Positions 40,004-50,451 are shown, numbered from the stretch's first letter. The stretch is 64,000 bases of DNA from an uncultured bacterium (GCA_963705505.1 CAVPJU010000010.1:28488-92487), one strand, 5' to 3'. The notes: generated by a model not told the origin, from the sequence alone. Numbers and translations are program-made.

Positions 40004-40675
40004 ATGAGCCGGATAATGAGAAAAGTGCTGGTAGTCCTCACGTTCATAGGCATGGCTGCTTCCCTCTATGCCGCCTTCGTTTACGCACCCACCGAGCCCA
40101 AGATGGGGCACATACAGAGGATATTCTATATCCACATGGGGACTGTGTGGGTTGCGACTGTGGCGTTCATAATCGTATTCGTATCGAGCATTATGTATCT
40201 CTGGAAGGAGAGCAGGAAGTGGGACATCCTCGCTTACTGCTCAGCGGAGATAGGCGTCGTTTTCCTTACCATCACGATACTCACCGGGAGCATCTGGGCA
40301 AAGCCCATATGGGGCACATGGTGGACCTGGGACCCCCAGCTCACGACGACATTTATATTGTGGATACTCTATATCGTTTACCTCGTGCTCAGGTCGTCTG
40401 CCGGCAGCGACACGAAAAAGGCCAAGTTCGCTGCGGTCTTCGGAATAATCGCGTTTATCGACCTGCCGCTCGTATACATATCCGTGAGGGTCATGAGGGG
40501 TATCTCCCCCGTGGTGTTCGGCCCCGGAGGCGGGGGCATTACGCCCGAGATGCTGTATGCCCTCCTGATTAACCTTGCGACGTGTTCCCTTTTATTCATT
40601 TTGCTCCTCCTCGAGCGGATGGACATTGAGCGGATGGGCGACCGACTCGCGGGCTTAAAGGCCGGTAGAACCTGA
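40004..40675 (+). CDS. ccmC: heme exporter protein C
   Basis: WWD-type motif WGTWWTWDPQLTTTFILW and conserved His residues. 223 aa. Confidence 0.82.
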   Translation: MSRIMRKVLVVLTFIGMAASLYAAFVYAPTEPKMGHIQRIFYIHMGTVWVATVAFIIVFVSSIMYLWKESRKWDILAYCSAEIGVVFLTITILTGSIWAKPIWGTWWTWDPQLTTTFILWILYIVYLVLRSSAGSDTKKAKFAAVFGIIAFIDLPLVYISVRVMRGISPVVFGPGGGGITPEMLYALLINLATCSLLFILLLLERMDIERMGDRLAGLKAGRT

Positions 40676-40813
40676 TCCGGGGCGTGTGCGGTCTCATCGC
40701 CGGTCCGCCGCAGCGGGCGGCAATACTTAAGACGTAACATTACTAATACTGTATAATTAGCTTTCAATTAATAAGTATTAAATACGGCTCGGCTCTCTTT
40801 CAGGCAAAAGGCA

Positions 40814-41479
40814 ATGGAAAGTCAAGGCGAAATGTATGACTACTACGTAATAGCGGCGGTAGTCATCGGACTCATCGAGTGCTTTTTCGGCTACAGGATT
40901 CTCAGGTTCCTCCTGGGCGTGCTGGGCTTCATCGCAGGCGCCGTGGTGGCCGGGAGCCTCGGGTACGAGCTCTCAAACGGAAGCGAGCTGATTTCCATTA
41001 TCTCCGGTATAGCGGGCGGTGTCATAGGCGCTTTCATCATGTACACGCTCTACGTAGTGGGGGTGTTTGCCATAGGGGCGGCGCTCGGCTTCATGATAGC
41101 GTCCTACGTTTTCGGCATTATGAATACGGGCCCTGTCACTCTGATGCTCGTAGCCGCAGCCGCGGCAGGCGGTATTCTCGCGGCTGTTTTCCGGAAGCCC
41201 ATGCTTATACTCGCGACCGCTTACGGCGGCTCGTATGCGGCGGTTACGGGGGTTTCGTACCTGCTCGCAAAGAATTTCAATCCTCTCGATCCGGAGTTCC
41301 TGAATTCCCTCGGTGAGGACCAGCTCTACAGGATGGCGATTATATGGTTCGGCCTCGGGGTATTCGGCTTCGTCGTCCAGCTTATGACTCTTCCCGCCGC
41401 TGGAGAAGCCGGGGATTCCGCCGCGGACGACGTCGGGGAAGCGGGTGCCGGAGAGGAGGACGGGGGAAAGGAGTCCTGA
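40814..41479 (+). CDS. multi-pass membrane protein with Gly-zipper helices (possibly DUF4203-like), inserted in the ccm operon
   Basis: 221 aa, ~6 predicted TM helices, acidic C-terminal tail. Confidence 0.5.
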   Translation: MESQGEMYDYYVIAAVVIGLIECFFGYRILRFLLGVLGFIAGAVVAGSLGYELSNGSELISIISGIAGGVIGAFIMYTLYVVGVFAIGAALGFMIASYVFGIMNTGPVTLMLVAAAAAGGILAAVFRKPMLILATAYGGSYAAVTGVSYLLAKNFNPLDPEFLNSLGEDQLYRMAIIWFGLGVFGFVVQLMTLPAAGEAGDSAADDVGEAGAGEEDGGKES

Positions 41480-41552
41480 GGGCGGGCAAAAATCTGCTTT
41501 TATAACTAAAATTAGTCATTGACCGCGGTTAAAATATCCGTGAAACTGAGTA

Positions 41553-42323
41553 TTGCCGATTATTTCCGGCTGCGGGCGTGGTTTTAATAGGGGTAGCGTA
41601 TGGTTTTTTAATTTCCCGTGGGTGCAGGTATTCTTTTTAGAGCCGGTGAGGGAGATTGATTCTATCTTGAAAGCTGTATTGCTTCTCATAGCGCTTGCGG
41701 GTTTATGTTTTGCGGCATCGTGCTACGACTCTGAAGAAAAGGAGTCGAGCGTGATGAGGTTCCCGGTCTCGGACCAGGGTGAATTTAATGCGCTCGGAAA
41801 CGCCGTGATCGATAAGAACGTGACGAGCGACGGGAACGGCTCTCTCTCCGTAGATACTCAGTCGCCGGTGAGCATAGAGCTTTTCACGGTGGACGGCTCC
41901 GGCCTCGACCATACACGCGCCGCTTATAAGGCCATGATCAAGACTGAAGGGCTGACTGCCGCAGGGGATACGAAGGGTATAGCGTATCTCGAAATGAAGG
42001 TGCGTTACCCCGGAGGGGAGGAGCTCGTTTCCCGCGGCCCGCGCATCCCGCCTACGGGGACGACCGATTGGATGCCGGCTGAAGCCGTGCTCTATGCGGA
42101 TAAAGGCGTAAAACCTGACAGGGTCTCGCTCTCTCTTGTGGTCGACGGGAAAGGGAAGGTCTGGATAGACGACGTAATGCTGGTCACGCAGCCCCTAAGG
42201 CTCGAGTACCTCTTTTGGGGGAACACTGTTGTCTGGATAGTACTAATTATATATATTTATCAACTACTCGCGAAACAAAAAAGGCTCCGAAGGGAGCTCG
42301 GCTCGATGAGTCAGGGAACTTAA
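41553..42323 (+). CDS. hypothetical exported protein with N-terminal signal/lipoprotein-like segment and C-terminal TM anchor
   Basis: Hydrophobic N-terminus ..LKAVLLLIALAGLCFAASC and a C-terminal helix VVWIVLIIYIYQLL. The real start may be the TTG near 41658. Confidence 0.45.
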   Translation: MPIISGCGRGFNRGSVWFFNFPWVQVFFLEPVREIDSILKAVLLLIALAGLCFAASCYDSEEKESSVMRFPVSDQGEFNALGNAVIDKNVTSDGNGSLSVDTQSPVSIELFTVDGSGLDHTRAAYKAMIKTEGLTAAGDTKGIAYLEMKVRYPGGEELVSRGPRIPPTGTTDWMPAEAVLYADKGVKPDRVSLSLVVDGKGKVWIDDVMLVTQPLRLEYLFWGNTVVWIVLIIYIYQLLAKQKRLRRELGSMSQGT

Positions 42324-42368
42324 GATAGAATTTTTTGTAACCCCGGTCGTGAAGCCAAGGGTGAGCGA

Positions 42369-42806
42369 ATGCTTAAAGGCAAATTAAAATTCATCGTAGC
42401 GATCGTCGTGATAGCGCTTGCCGTGAGCTATCTGGTTTACGGCGGCGTGAAGGACACCATGGTGTATTACCTCACCGTGAAGGAGCTCAAGAGCAGAGTC
42501 CCTTCTATCTACGGCGAGAAGATCAGGGTGTCGGGGAAGGTCGTGCCGGGGTCCATAAAGCACGGCGCGGACGGGGCGCTCGAGTTCAGCATCGCTGACG
42601 GCGGAGGGGATATCGCTGTCGCTTACAGCGGGATCGTCCCCGATATCTTCAAGGATAACGTTGAAGCCGTCGTCGAAGGCGAGTACACTCCAAAGAACGT
42701 CTTTGAGGCGGATGTGCTCCTGGCCAAGTGTCCGACGAAGTACGAATCGACCGAGGCGCTGTATAATAAACCGGCCTCGGAAAACAAAGGGGTAAAATCC
42801 TACTGA
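42369..42806 (+). CDS. ccmE: cytochrome c-type biogenesis heme chaperone CcmE, Cys-variant (CxxxY instead of HxxxY)
   Basis: N-terminal TM anchor and an OB-fold. ...VLLAKCPTKYES aligns with E. coli ...LAKHDENY (heme-binding His130 replaced by Cys). Confidence 0.8.
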   Translation: MLKGKLKFIVAIVVIALAVSYLVYGGVKDTMVYYLTVKELKSRVPSIYGEKIRVSGKVVPGSIKHGADGALEFSIADGGGDIAVAYSGIVPDIFKDNVEAVVEGEYTPKNVFEADVLLAKCPTKYESTEALYNKPASENKGVKSY

Positions 42807-44812
42807 TGGTAGAGACAGGAAAGATATCAATATATCTGGCTTTCGCCGTATCCATCTATGTCGTATGCGCGTCGATTTACGGCGCGAGGACGGGGAAAGG
42901 CGATTTCATAAACAGCGCCCGGAACGGAGCGCTGGCAGTGTGTTTTCTCCTCATCGTTGCCGCGGGCTCTCTCCTTCATTCTCTCGTAAACCTCGATTTC
43001 AGTCTCAAGTACGTGGCGCTTAACACGAGCACCGATCTCCCGGTGATATACAGGTTTACTTCGCTCTGGGCGGGACAGGCGGGCTCACTCCTCCTCTGGT
43101 CGCTCATCCTGTCCATATACACTGCTCTCGTCGTCCTTTCGACCAGAAACAGATCGAGGAAGCTCATGCCCTATGTCCTGGCCGTTCTCGCGGCCATATT
43201 AGTCTTCTTCACCTACATAGTAGGCTTCGTTGAAAACCCTTTCGAAAAGCTCCCCGTAGCTCCGCTTGAGGGCAGGGGGCTTAACCCCATTCTCCAGAAC
43301 GCGTACATGGCTATCCATCCGGTCACGCTTTACCTCGGCTACGTCGGCGTGAGCGTCCCGTTCGCGTTCGGCATGGGCGCGCTGCTGAGCGGTCAGCTCG
43401 GCGACGAATGGATAAGATACTCCCGCAAATGGACCCTCCTCGCATGGACGTTCCTGAGCGTGGGGCTCCTGCTGGGCGCGCGCTGGGCTTACCTCGAGCT
43501 CGGGTGGGGAGGATACTGGGCGTGGGACCCGGTGGAGAACGCGGCTTTCATGCCCTGGCTTGCGGGCACGGCTTTCCTCCACTCGGTCATGATCCAGGAA
43601 AAGAAGGGCATGCTCAAGAAATGGAACATGGTTCTGTTGATCATCACTTTCTTTCTCGCTATATTCGGCACATTCATAACGCGAAGCGGCGTCATATCGT
43701 CGGTCCACTCATTCGCGCAGAGCGATATAGGCCCGCTCTTTCTGGGCTTCATAGCATTCTTACTTCTTTTTTCGTTCGCCGTGTTCCTCTACCGGATGCG
43801 GGACCTCGAATCCGAAAACAAATTCGACTCGATACTTTCGAGGGAAAGCGCTTTCATATTCAATAACCTGCTTTTCCTGGGCGCCGCGTTCGCGGTTTTC
43901 CTGGGCACGATCTTCCCGATCATGTCGGAGGCCGTGACAGGGCATAAGATCCTCGTGGGCTCGCCGTATTTCAACAGGGTGAACGTTCCGATTGCGCTCG
44001 TGCTTATTTTCCTCATGGGCGTGGGTCCGCTCATATCATGGAGGAAGGCGTCTAAGGAAAACCTCATGAAAAACTTTTTCGTCCCCGTCCTCATAGGCGT
44101 GGTCACTGCCGTCGTGCTGCTGTCGATCGGGGTGAGGGATGTTTACGCGCTCCTCTCTTACGCGTTCTGCGCGTTCGTCACGGGGACGGTATTCACGGAG
44201 TTCTTCCGCGGGGTGCGGGTCAGGAGCGGGAGGGGCGAGAATCCGGCTCTCGCTTTCGTGCGTCTCGTGTCGAGGAACAAGAGGAGATACGGCGGCTACA
44301 TTGTGCATATAGGCGTCGTATTGATAGTCCTGGGCATCACGTCTTCTTCCGTTTTCGTAACGGAGAAGCAGGCGACGCTCACGAAAGGGCAGTCGGTCGA
44401 GATAGGCGGATATACTCTCACGTACCGGGGGCTCGAGCAGTATACGACCGACGCAAAGAACGCCACAGTGGCCAAGCTCGACGGCTTTAAGAACGGAAAG
44501 GACATAGGTCTGATAGCACCCGAAAAGAACGTCTATAAATACGAAGGGAACCGCGAGATAAACCAGGAGACCGAAGTCTCCCTGAGATCGACATTCACCG
44601 ACGACCTCTATGTGATACTGATGAATTACAGCGGGGACGGCTCGGCGACCATCAGGGTCATAGTGAACCCTATGGTAAGCTGGATATGGGCGGGCGGACT
44701 CGTGCTGCTGATGGGGGCTATCGTAACCATGTGGCCCGGCGGACGGAAGGGGCGCGAGGAAGCTTTTGTCAGGTACACGTTAGGCGACAGTGACGGGACC
44801 GTAAAGGTGTAG
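42806..44812 (+). CDS. ccmF: cytochrome c-type biogenesis protein CcmF
   Basis: 668 aa polytopic protein with the WWD domain WGGYWAWDPVENAAFMPWL. Start overlaps the ccmE stop. Confidence 0.88.
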   Translation: MVETGKISIYLAFAVSIYVVCASIYGARTGKGDFINSARNGALAVCFLLIVAAGSLLHSLVNLDFSLKYVALNTSTDLPVIYRFTSLWAGQAGSLLLWSLILSIYTALVVLSTRNRSRKLMPYVLAVLAAILVFFTYIVGFVENPFEKLPVAPLEGRGLNPILQNAYMAIHPVTLYLGYVGVSVPFAFGMGALLSGQLGDEWIRYSRKWTLLAWTFLSVGLLLGARWAYLELGWGGYWAWDPVENAAFMPWLAGTAFLHSVMIQEKKGMLKKWNMVLLIITFFLAIFGTFITRSGVISSVHSFAQSDIGPLFLGFIAFLLLFSFAVFLYRMRDLESENKFDSILSRESAFIFNNLLFLGAAFAVFLGTIFPIMSEAVTGHKILVGSPYFNRVNVPIALVLIFLMGVGPLISWRKASKENLMKNFFVPVLIGVVTAVVLLSIGVRDVYALLSYAFCAFVTGTVFTEFFRGVRVRSGRGENPALAFVRLVSRNKRRYGGYIVHIGVVLIVLGITSSSVFVTEKQATLTKGQSVEIGGYTLTYRGLEQYTTDAKNATVAKLDGFKNGKDIGLIAPEKNVYKYEGNREINQETEVSLRSTFTDDLYVILMNYSGDGSATIRVIVNPMVSWIWAGGLVLLMGAIVTMWPGGRKGREEAFVRYTLGDSDGTVKV

Positions 44813-44858
44813 AAATTCTTAGCAGCTGTATTCAGCACAATTCATAAAAGGGATTAAA

Positions 44859-45398
44859 TTGGAAATTATACTGGCTTTAGTTATAGCTGCGCTTGCGGCT
44901 CTTTTTATTTCGATGCCCTTTTTCTTCAGGAGTAAAAAAAGATTCGGAGCGGAATATTTCCCCGACCCGCGCCAGGAGAAGCTGAAGGCGCTCCTTTCTC
45001 AAAAGGATTCCCTCCTCACGGCGATAAAGGATATCGAGTTCGATCACGGACTCGGAAAATTGTCGGGGGAGGATTTCGAGGAGCTGCACGGGAAGTACAG
45101 GAGCGAAGCCGCCCTGGTGCTGAAACAGATAGACTCTCTCGGCAAAGGAGACGCGGCGGTCGACGATTATGACGATATAGAGAAGGAAATCAGGGCGGAG
45201 CGGATGAAGTTTCTGACGTCTTACGATGACGAAGAGCTTGAGAAGGAGATACTGCGCGCACGCGAGGCAACATGGAATGCCGGCGGCGGAACGGTATTCT
45301 GTTCCAAATGCGGGAGCGCCTGCGAGGAGCAGGATCTCTACTGCTCAAAATGCGGCGCAAAGCTAAAGAATATTACGGAGAATAAAAATGCAGGGTAG
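44859..45398 (+). CDS. membrane-anchored protein with C-terminal zinc-ribbon (CxxC...CxxC)
   Basis: N-terminal TM (MEIILALVIAALAALFISMPFFF), a charged coiled region, and a C-terminal FCSKCGSACEEQDLYCSKCG. Confidence 0.5.
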   Translation: MEIILALVIAALAALFISMPFFFRSKKRFGAEYFPDPRQEKLKALLSQKDSLLTAIKDIEFDHGLGKLSGEDFEELHGKYRSEAALVLKQIDSLGKGDAAVDDYDDIEKEIRAERMKFLTSYDDEELEKEILRAREATWNAGGGTVFCSKCGSACEEQDLYCSKCGAKLKNITENKNAG

Positions 45399-46851
45399 GT
45401 CAGGCGCGTTCATCCTCACGTTTACTTTTCTGGCACTCTTGTTCATCCCCGGTGTATACAGGTCCTACGCCCAGAACCCGCACGATATGGACAAGATGGG
45501 GAAGGACCTTTTTATAGAGAACCGCTGCGTCAGATGCCATACGATAGGGAGGGGGAGGTTTGTGGGCCCCGATTTGAACGGCGTCGGCCAAAGGTACAAC
45601 CGGGACGAGTTAATCAAATGGATCGAGAACCCGCAGGCGGTCTATCAGTCAACGGGCAAGATGCCCATGAATGAAGGCTATCCTCCCATGCCCCCGATGG
45701 ACATCAACCCGATGGTGGCACAGGCCATAGCGGATTATCTCCTCGCTGTCAAAGTGAAGCCCGACACGGGGAAGGGCGGGACTATTATCGGAAAGGTGCT
45801 CAATAAGACCGAGAACACTGCAGTCCCCGACATAAAAGTCACGCTCGTGTCCTATATGGGAGATAAGGAAACGGGCAGGACGGATTCCAAAACTTCAAAG
45901 GACGGCAGCTTCTCGTTCACGGCCCTGCCCTGGGACAGGAGCTACGCGGTCACTATCGAATACGACAGCGCCGAGTACTCTACCGATAAGATGGTCTTCT
46001 ATCCGGACGAGGAGACGAAGACGCTCGACTTGCCCGTGTACGCACCCACGACGAGCGGAGATAGTATAGGCGTGACCGAAGCTCACATGATAGTTCAGGT
46101 GGTCGAGGGAGGCCTTTCTATAGCCGACCTCTCGGTCTTCGACAATAAAGGGGATAAGATGTATGTGGGAAGCGGGGAGCTCGCCGACGGAAAGAAGGAG
46201 ACGCTGAAATTCAGCGTCCCGCCGGACGCGGCTAATATTAATTTCATAAGCGGCCTCGCGCCCGAAAGCATTGTGAGGACACCGTCGGGCTTCTCCGATA
46301 CCGGGAGCGTTGCCCCGGGATCCAAAAGAATTGTATTTGCATATACGCTGCCGCTCGGCTCCGGCAGCGGATCAGTGGAGAAGACGATAGAATACCCCAC
46401 CGAGAAGTTCCTGCTCCTCGTATCGAAATCGAATGACACAGTCACGGTCGAGGGCCTCAGCGGAGGCGATACCGTGCAGATAGAGAAGGAGGATTTCATC
46501 AGGTGGTCGGGCGAGAACCTGAAGCCGGGACAGAAGTTTACGGTCAGGTTTGTGAACCCGACCGCGTGGAAGGAGTATATCAAGTGGGGAGCAATAGGGC
46601 TTTTAATTCTCGTCGTCGGAGGAGGAATAATTTATTCCTCGTTTGCGCGGGGCGGGAGTAAAGATGCCGACGAAGAGAAAAAGAACGGACGGAGAGAATC
46701 GCTCATGGAGAGGAGGAGCCATCTGGTAAAGGAGATAGCGGCTCTTGACGACGGATACGAAGCGGGGCGTATCGACGAAACGGCTTATAAGGAACTCAGG
46801 GAATCTAAGAAGGCGGAGCTTCTTGAAGTTACACGGAGACTGCGATTTTGA
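45388..46851 (+). CDS. monoheme cytochrome c domain protein with carboxypeptidase-regulatory-like beta domain and C-terminal TM anchor
   Basis: Signal peptide; CVRCHT heme-binding motif with a downstream Met; CarbopepD_reg-like segment (IGKVLNKTENTAVPDIKVTLVSY...SFSF); TM WGAIGLLILVVGGGIIY; cytoplasmic coiled tail. Confidence 0.6.
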   Translation: MQGRSGAFILTFTFLALLFIPGVYRSYAQNPHDMDKMGKDLFIENRCVRCHTIGRGRFVGPDLNGVGQRYNRDELIKWIENPQAVYQSTGKMPMNEGYPPMPPMDINPMVAQAIADYLLAVKVKPDTGKGGTIIGKVLNKTENTAVPDIKVTLVSYMGDKETGRTDSKTSKDGSFSFTALPWDRSYAVTIEYDSAEYSTDKMVFYPDEETKTLDLPVYAPTTSGDSIGVTEAHMIVQVVEGGLSIADLSVFDNKGDKMYVGSGELADGKKETLKFSVPPDAANINFISGLAPESIVRTPSGFSDTGSVAPGSKRIVFAYTLPLGSGSGSVEKTIEYPTEKFLLLVSKSNDTVTVEGLSGGDTVQIEKEDFIRWSGENLKPGQKFTVRFVNPTAWKEYIKWGAIGLLILVVGGGIIYSSFARGGSKDADEEKKNGRRESLMERRSHLVKEIAALDDGYEAGRIDETAYKELRESKKAELLEVTRRLRF

Positions 46852-47574
46852 TCACAAGTCTCCATGATGAAACTGGATTATAGAAAGAACCGCGATGCTT
46901 GCGGTTTCCGTTCTAAGAGTCCTGGGACCCAGACCCAGGGGGGTAAAACCCATTTCACTAGCAAGGAGGACTTCCTTTTCCGAAAATCCACCTTCCGGTC
47001 CTATCAATACTATAATATTTTTAGGAAGTTGTAAAGAGTATTTTAGATGATCTTTGATGGAATGTTCATAATTAACATGGAATATCAGTGATAAGTCGCT
47101 CATATTCTTATAGTTTAATGCCTCAGAAAAATTTAAAGTATTTTCTATGATTGCCGGTCTGGTCCTTCCGCACTGCTTTGAGGCCTCAAGCGCGATCCTC
47201 TCCCATCTCTTTTTTTTATCCGCCGTCCTCACCTGCGACCTTTCGGTTATTACGGGCACGATTGTATGTACGCCTAACTCCGTCGCCTTCTCCACTATGT
47301 AGTCCATCTTGTCTCCCTTCGTGAGCCCCTGAAGAAGGGTAATATTAAGCGGGGAATCGGTCGTCACTTTCCGGGACGAAATGATATCGATGACTATCTC
47401 TTTGCTTCCGATCCCGGCTATCTTCCCGGTGTATTCCCTGGAGCACTCATCGAAGAGCGTTATGGTGTCTCCTTCCCTGAGTCTCAGCACCTTCACGATG
47501 TGTTTGTAATCGGTGCCGGAGATGAGCGCCTTATCACCTTCTATGTTTTTTTCTTTTATCGGGAATCTCGGCAT
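46852..47574 (-). CDS. rsmE: 16S rRNA (uracil1498-N3)-methyltransferase
   Basis: 240 aa with a PUA-like N-terminus and a SPOUT C-terminus (..LIGPEGGFS..E.). Confidence 0.82.
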   Translation of the reverse strand: MPRFPIKEKNIEGDKALISGTDYKHIVKVLRLREGDTITLFDECSREYTGKIAGIGSKEIVIDIISSRKVTTDSPLNITLLQGLTKGDKMDYIVEKATELGVHTIVPVITERSQVRTADKKKRWERIALEASKQCGRTRPAIIENTLNFSEALNYKNMSDLSLIFHVNYEHSIKDHLKYSLQLPKNIIVLIGPEGGFSEKEVLLASEMGFTPLGLGPRTLRTETASIAVLSIIQFHHGDL

Positions 47575-47651
47575 CGTTTATGCTGGAATCAGGAATGTGT
47601 TTTTATGAGACGGTTATTGTGACAGGGCCCAGCTCACCACATCCGCGGCTT

Positions 47652-49190
47652 TTATTTTTTCTGCTTCTCATGTGTAACGAAGTACTCCGCGATCTCTTCC
47701 GCGAGCTTATCGACTGTATATTCGGGTGCGGTTATCTGAGCGACGTATCCGGCGTCCCTGAGCGTCTTCGCTGTTATCGGCCCGATGCATGCGACGGCGG
47801 GGCGTCCTGATGCGGGTCTGAATCCGGGAAATATCGAGAGGAAGTTCCTCACGGTGGATGAGCTGGTGAATGTAACTGCATCTATCATGTTCCGCTCAAG
47901 CATATTTTTTATTTTCTCCGATTTCTTCTTTCCGGGCTTCCTCGTCTCATAAGCCGTCACTACATCGACCGCGGCTCCCATCTCTCCGAGCGTGACGGGC
48001 AGGACGTCGCGCGCTTTGCTCGCCCTCGGTATCAGTATCCGCTTGCCCTTTACATTTTCCTTCCCGAACCTTTCTATGAGTCCCTCGGCCCTGTACTCGC
48101 CGGGAATGATCTCCACATCGATGCCTTTCTTCCCGATCTCTCCCGCGGTGACTTCACCGATCGCGGCTATCCTGATGCCGTAGAGCGCCCTCACGTCCTT
48201 CCCCGAGAGCCTGAGCCTCTCGAAGAACTTTCCCACGCCGTTTACACTCGTGAATACAATCCAGTCATAACTCGCGAGACTGCCGATAGCCCTGTCGAGG
48301 GCCTTAAAGCTTTTGGGAGGGGCTATCTCTATGACGGGGAACTCTATGACCTCCGCTCCCTTTTCTTCGAGCAGCCTGACGAAGGACTCCGCCTGCTCCC
48401 TCGCCCTCGTGACTATGACCCTCTTTCCGAAGAGCGGTTTCCGCTCGTACCAGTTTATTATTTCTCTTAGATTTATGACTTCCCCCGTGACGACTATCGC
48501 GGGAGAGATAATGTCCTTCCTATCTTTCACGGATCGCGCGATGTCCCCGACAGTCCCTGTAACGACTGCCTGCGCCGGGTATGTCCCCCACGTGATGACC
48601 GCAGCGGGAGTGCCGGAAGGCTTCCCGGAATCCATGAGCTTCCGCATGTTTTTTTCGATGTTCCTCACTCCCATGAGGAATACCACCGTGCCTATTTTCG
48701 CGAGCGCATCCCAGGGGATGTTCGATTCCTCCTTCCCCGGGTCTTCGTGCCCGGTGACTACCGCGAAGGATGAAGTGACGTCCCTGTGCGTAAGGGGTAT
48801 GCCCGCATACGCCGGGACCGCGGAGGCGGAAGAGACTCCGGGCACTATCTCGAAAGGGACTCCTTTCTTCGCGAGCGCCTCTGCTTCCTCTCCGCCCCTC
48901 CCGAATATGAAAGGGTCCCCGCCCTTCAAGCGCGCGACAGTCTTTCCCTTTTTCGCCCGCGCGACCAGAAGCCTGTTTATCTCGCCTTGTGACATCTCCT
49001 TTGCGCCTGCTTTCTTGCCTACGTAAATCACCTCCGCGCTCGTTCGGGCGAATGAGAGCAGCCTCCGGTTGACGAGGTAGTCGTATACGATTACGTCTGA
49101 TTTCTCGAGTATTTCTTTTCCTCTGAGAGTGAGGAGGCCCGGGTCTCCGGGTCCAGCGCCTATCAGATATACGGTTCCGGCTTTAGACAT
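47652..49190 (-). CDS. cobA: bifunctional uroporphyrinogen-III C-methyltransferase / uroporphyrinogen-III synthase (CobA-HemD fusion)
   Basis: N-terminal VYLIGAGPGDPGLLTL..., GGDPFIFGRGGEE (SUMT). C-terminal HemD domain (RVIVTRAREQA...). 512 aa. Confidence 0.88.
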   Translation of the reverse strand: MSKAGTVYLIGAGPGDPGLLTLRGKEILEKSDVIVYDYLVNRRLLSFARTSAEVIYVGKKAGAKEMSQGEINRLLVARAKKGKTVARLKGGDPFIFGRGGEEAEALAKKGVPFEIVPGVSSASAVPAYAGIPLTHRDVTSSFAVVTGHEDPGKEESNIPWDALAKIGTVVFLMGVRNIEKNMRKLMDSGKPSGTPAAVITWGTYPAQAVVTGTVGDIARSVKDRKDIISPAIVVTGEVINLREIINWYERKPLFGKRVIVTRAREQAESFVRLLEEKGAEVIEFPVIEIAPPKSFKALDRAIGSLASYDWIVFTSVNGVGKFFERLRLSGKDVRALYGIRIAAIGEVTAGEIGKKGIDVEIIPGEYRAEGLIERFGKENVKGKRILIPRASKARDVLPVTLGEMGAAVDVVTAYETRKPGKKKSEKIKNMLERNMIDAVTFTSSSTVRNFLSIFPGFRPASGRPAVACIGPITAKTLRDAGYVAQITAPEYTVDKLAEEIAEYFVTHEKQKK

Positions 49191-49364
49191 GACGATCAGT
49201 AAAGAAAACCGAAGGGGTGCTCCATTGTCAAGAAATTTCTCAGGCGCTTTAAATAGTGCCTGATATATGTATTATATTAGCGCTTGCCCGATAATTCTGT
49301 ATGATAATATTAAGTTATTCCTGGGAATCAGAATACACGATAACTTTTTGGGCGGAGGCGAACT

Positions 49365-49955
49365 ATGCTCGTTAAAGACTTCATGACACCCGATCCGATT
49401 ACCGTTACATCCGATAAAAGGGCGGACGAAACCCTCGAGATGATGAGGAGCCTCAATTTCAGGCAGTGCCCTGTCGTCGAGGGCGGAAAGCTTGTGGGGA
49501 TAGTGACACAGCGTGATATACGGGCGGCGCTCGTTCAAGGCGGCAACCTCAAGGTCGGCGATATTATGGCCAGGAACCCGATAACGATACTCGATTACGC
49601 TTCCGTCGAGGGCGCGGCCGAGATCATAAGGAGCGGCAAGTTCAACGCCCTCCCCGTCGTCTCGAACAGGGGAGACCTGGTCGGTATTCTGACCGTCACC
49701 GACCTGCTCGACGCATTACTCAGGATGCTGGGGTTCCATGAAAAACCCCAGAGGCTCGAAGTCCAGATGCCTGACGGCATAGGCCTCTTCGACGTGCTGC
49801 ATGTAATCCAGAACAATTCGGAGAAGGTGCTCTCTTTCAGCGCCGCGCCCGAGAACCGGAAGCTCTACTATTTCTGGGTGGTCAACTGCAACTTCGGCGA
49901 GACCGAGAAAGCGCTCCGTAAAATGGATACCAAAATAAGCACGATCAATTCGTGA
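49365..49955 (+). CDS. CBS-domain pair protein with C-terminal regulatory domain
   Basis: Two CBS motifs (MTPDPITV..., IMARNPITI...). Confidence 0.7.
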   Translation: MLVKDFMTPDPITVTSDKRADETLEMMRSLNFRQCPVVEGGKLVGIVTQRDIRAALVQGGNLKVGDIMARNPITILDYASVEGAAEIIRSGKFNALPVVSNRGDLVGILTVTDLLDALLRMLGFHEKPQRLEVQMPDGIGLFDVLHVIQNNSEKVLSFSAAPENRKLYYFWVVNCNFGETEKALRKMDTKISTINS

Positions 49956-50037
49956 GGTGTCTATTCAGTGATATGAACGCCTGCGGAACTTCTGGTATAA
50001 TACAAAAAGGCCGGTAGATAAAAGGGTCCTTTCTGTC

Positions 50038-50412
50038 ATGGAAGCGGAACAGTACGAATTCATTCTGGATCACTATAAAAACCCGAGAAACTACGGAACG
50101 ATAGAAGACGCGGACGCCTCCTTTGAAGAGGGGATACCTTCCTGCGGGGACGTCGTAAGACTAGACCTCAAGCTCAGGGACGGCAGGGTTGAGGACATAA
50201 AATTCTCGGGGAAAGGATGCGCAATAAGCCAGGCTTCCGTTTCCATACTTACTGAAAACGTGCGTGGTAAAACGGTGGAAGAAATATTATCGTTAAAAGA
50301 CGAAGAGATGCTGGGCGCTCTCGGAAAGCCGATCTCGCCCGTCAGGTTCAAATGCGCTCTCCTGGGAGTGAAAGTTCTCAAAAAAGCGCTCCTCGCCAAA
50401 CGGGCGCCCTGA
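50038..50412 (+). CDS. Fe-S cluster assembly scaffold, NifU-N/IscU/SufU-like
   Basis: Conserved Cys in ..PSCGD.., ..GKGCAISQAS.., ..FKCALL... 124 aa. Confidence 0.8.
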   Translation: MEAEQYEFILDHYKNPRNYGTIEDADASFEEGIPSCGDVVRLDLKLRDGRVEDIKFSGKGCAISQASVSILTENVRGKTVEEILSLKDEEMLGALGKPISPVRFKCALLGVKVLKKALLAKRAP

Positions 50413-50451
50413 GCTTCCATTCCGCGATAAAACCCGGATTCATGAAACCTT

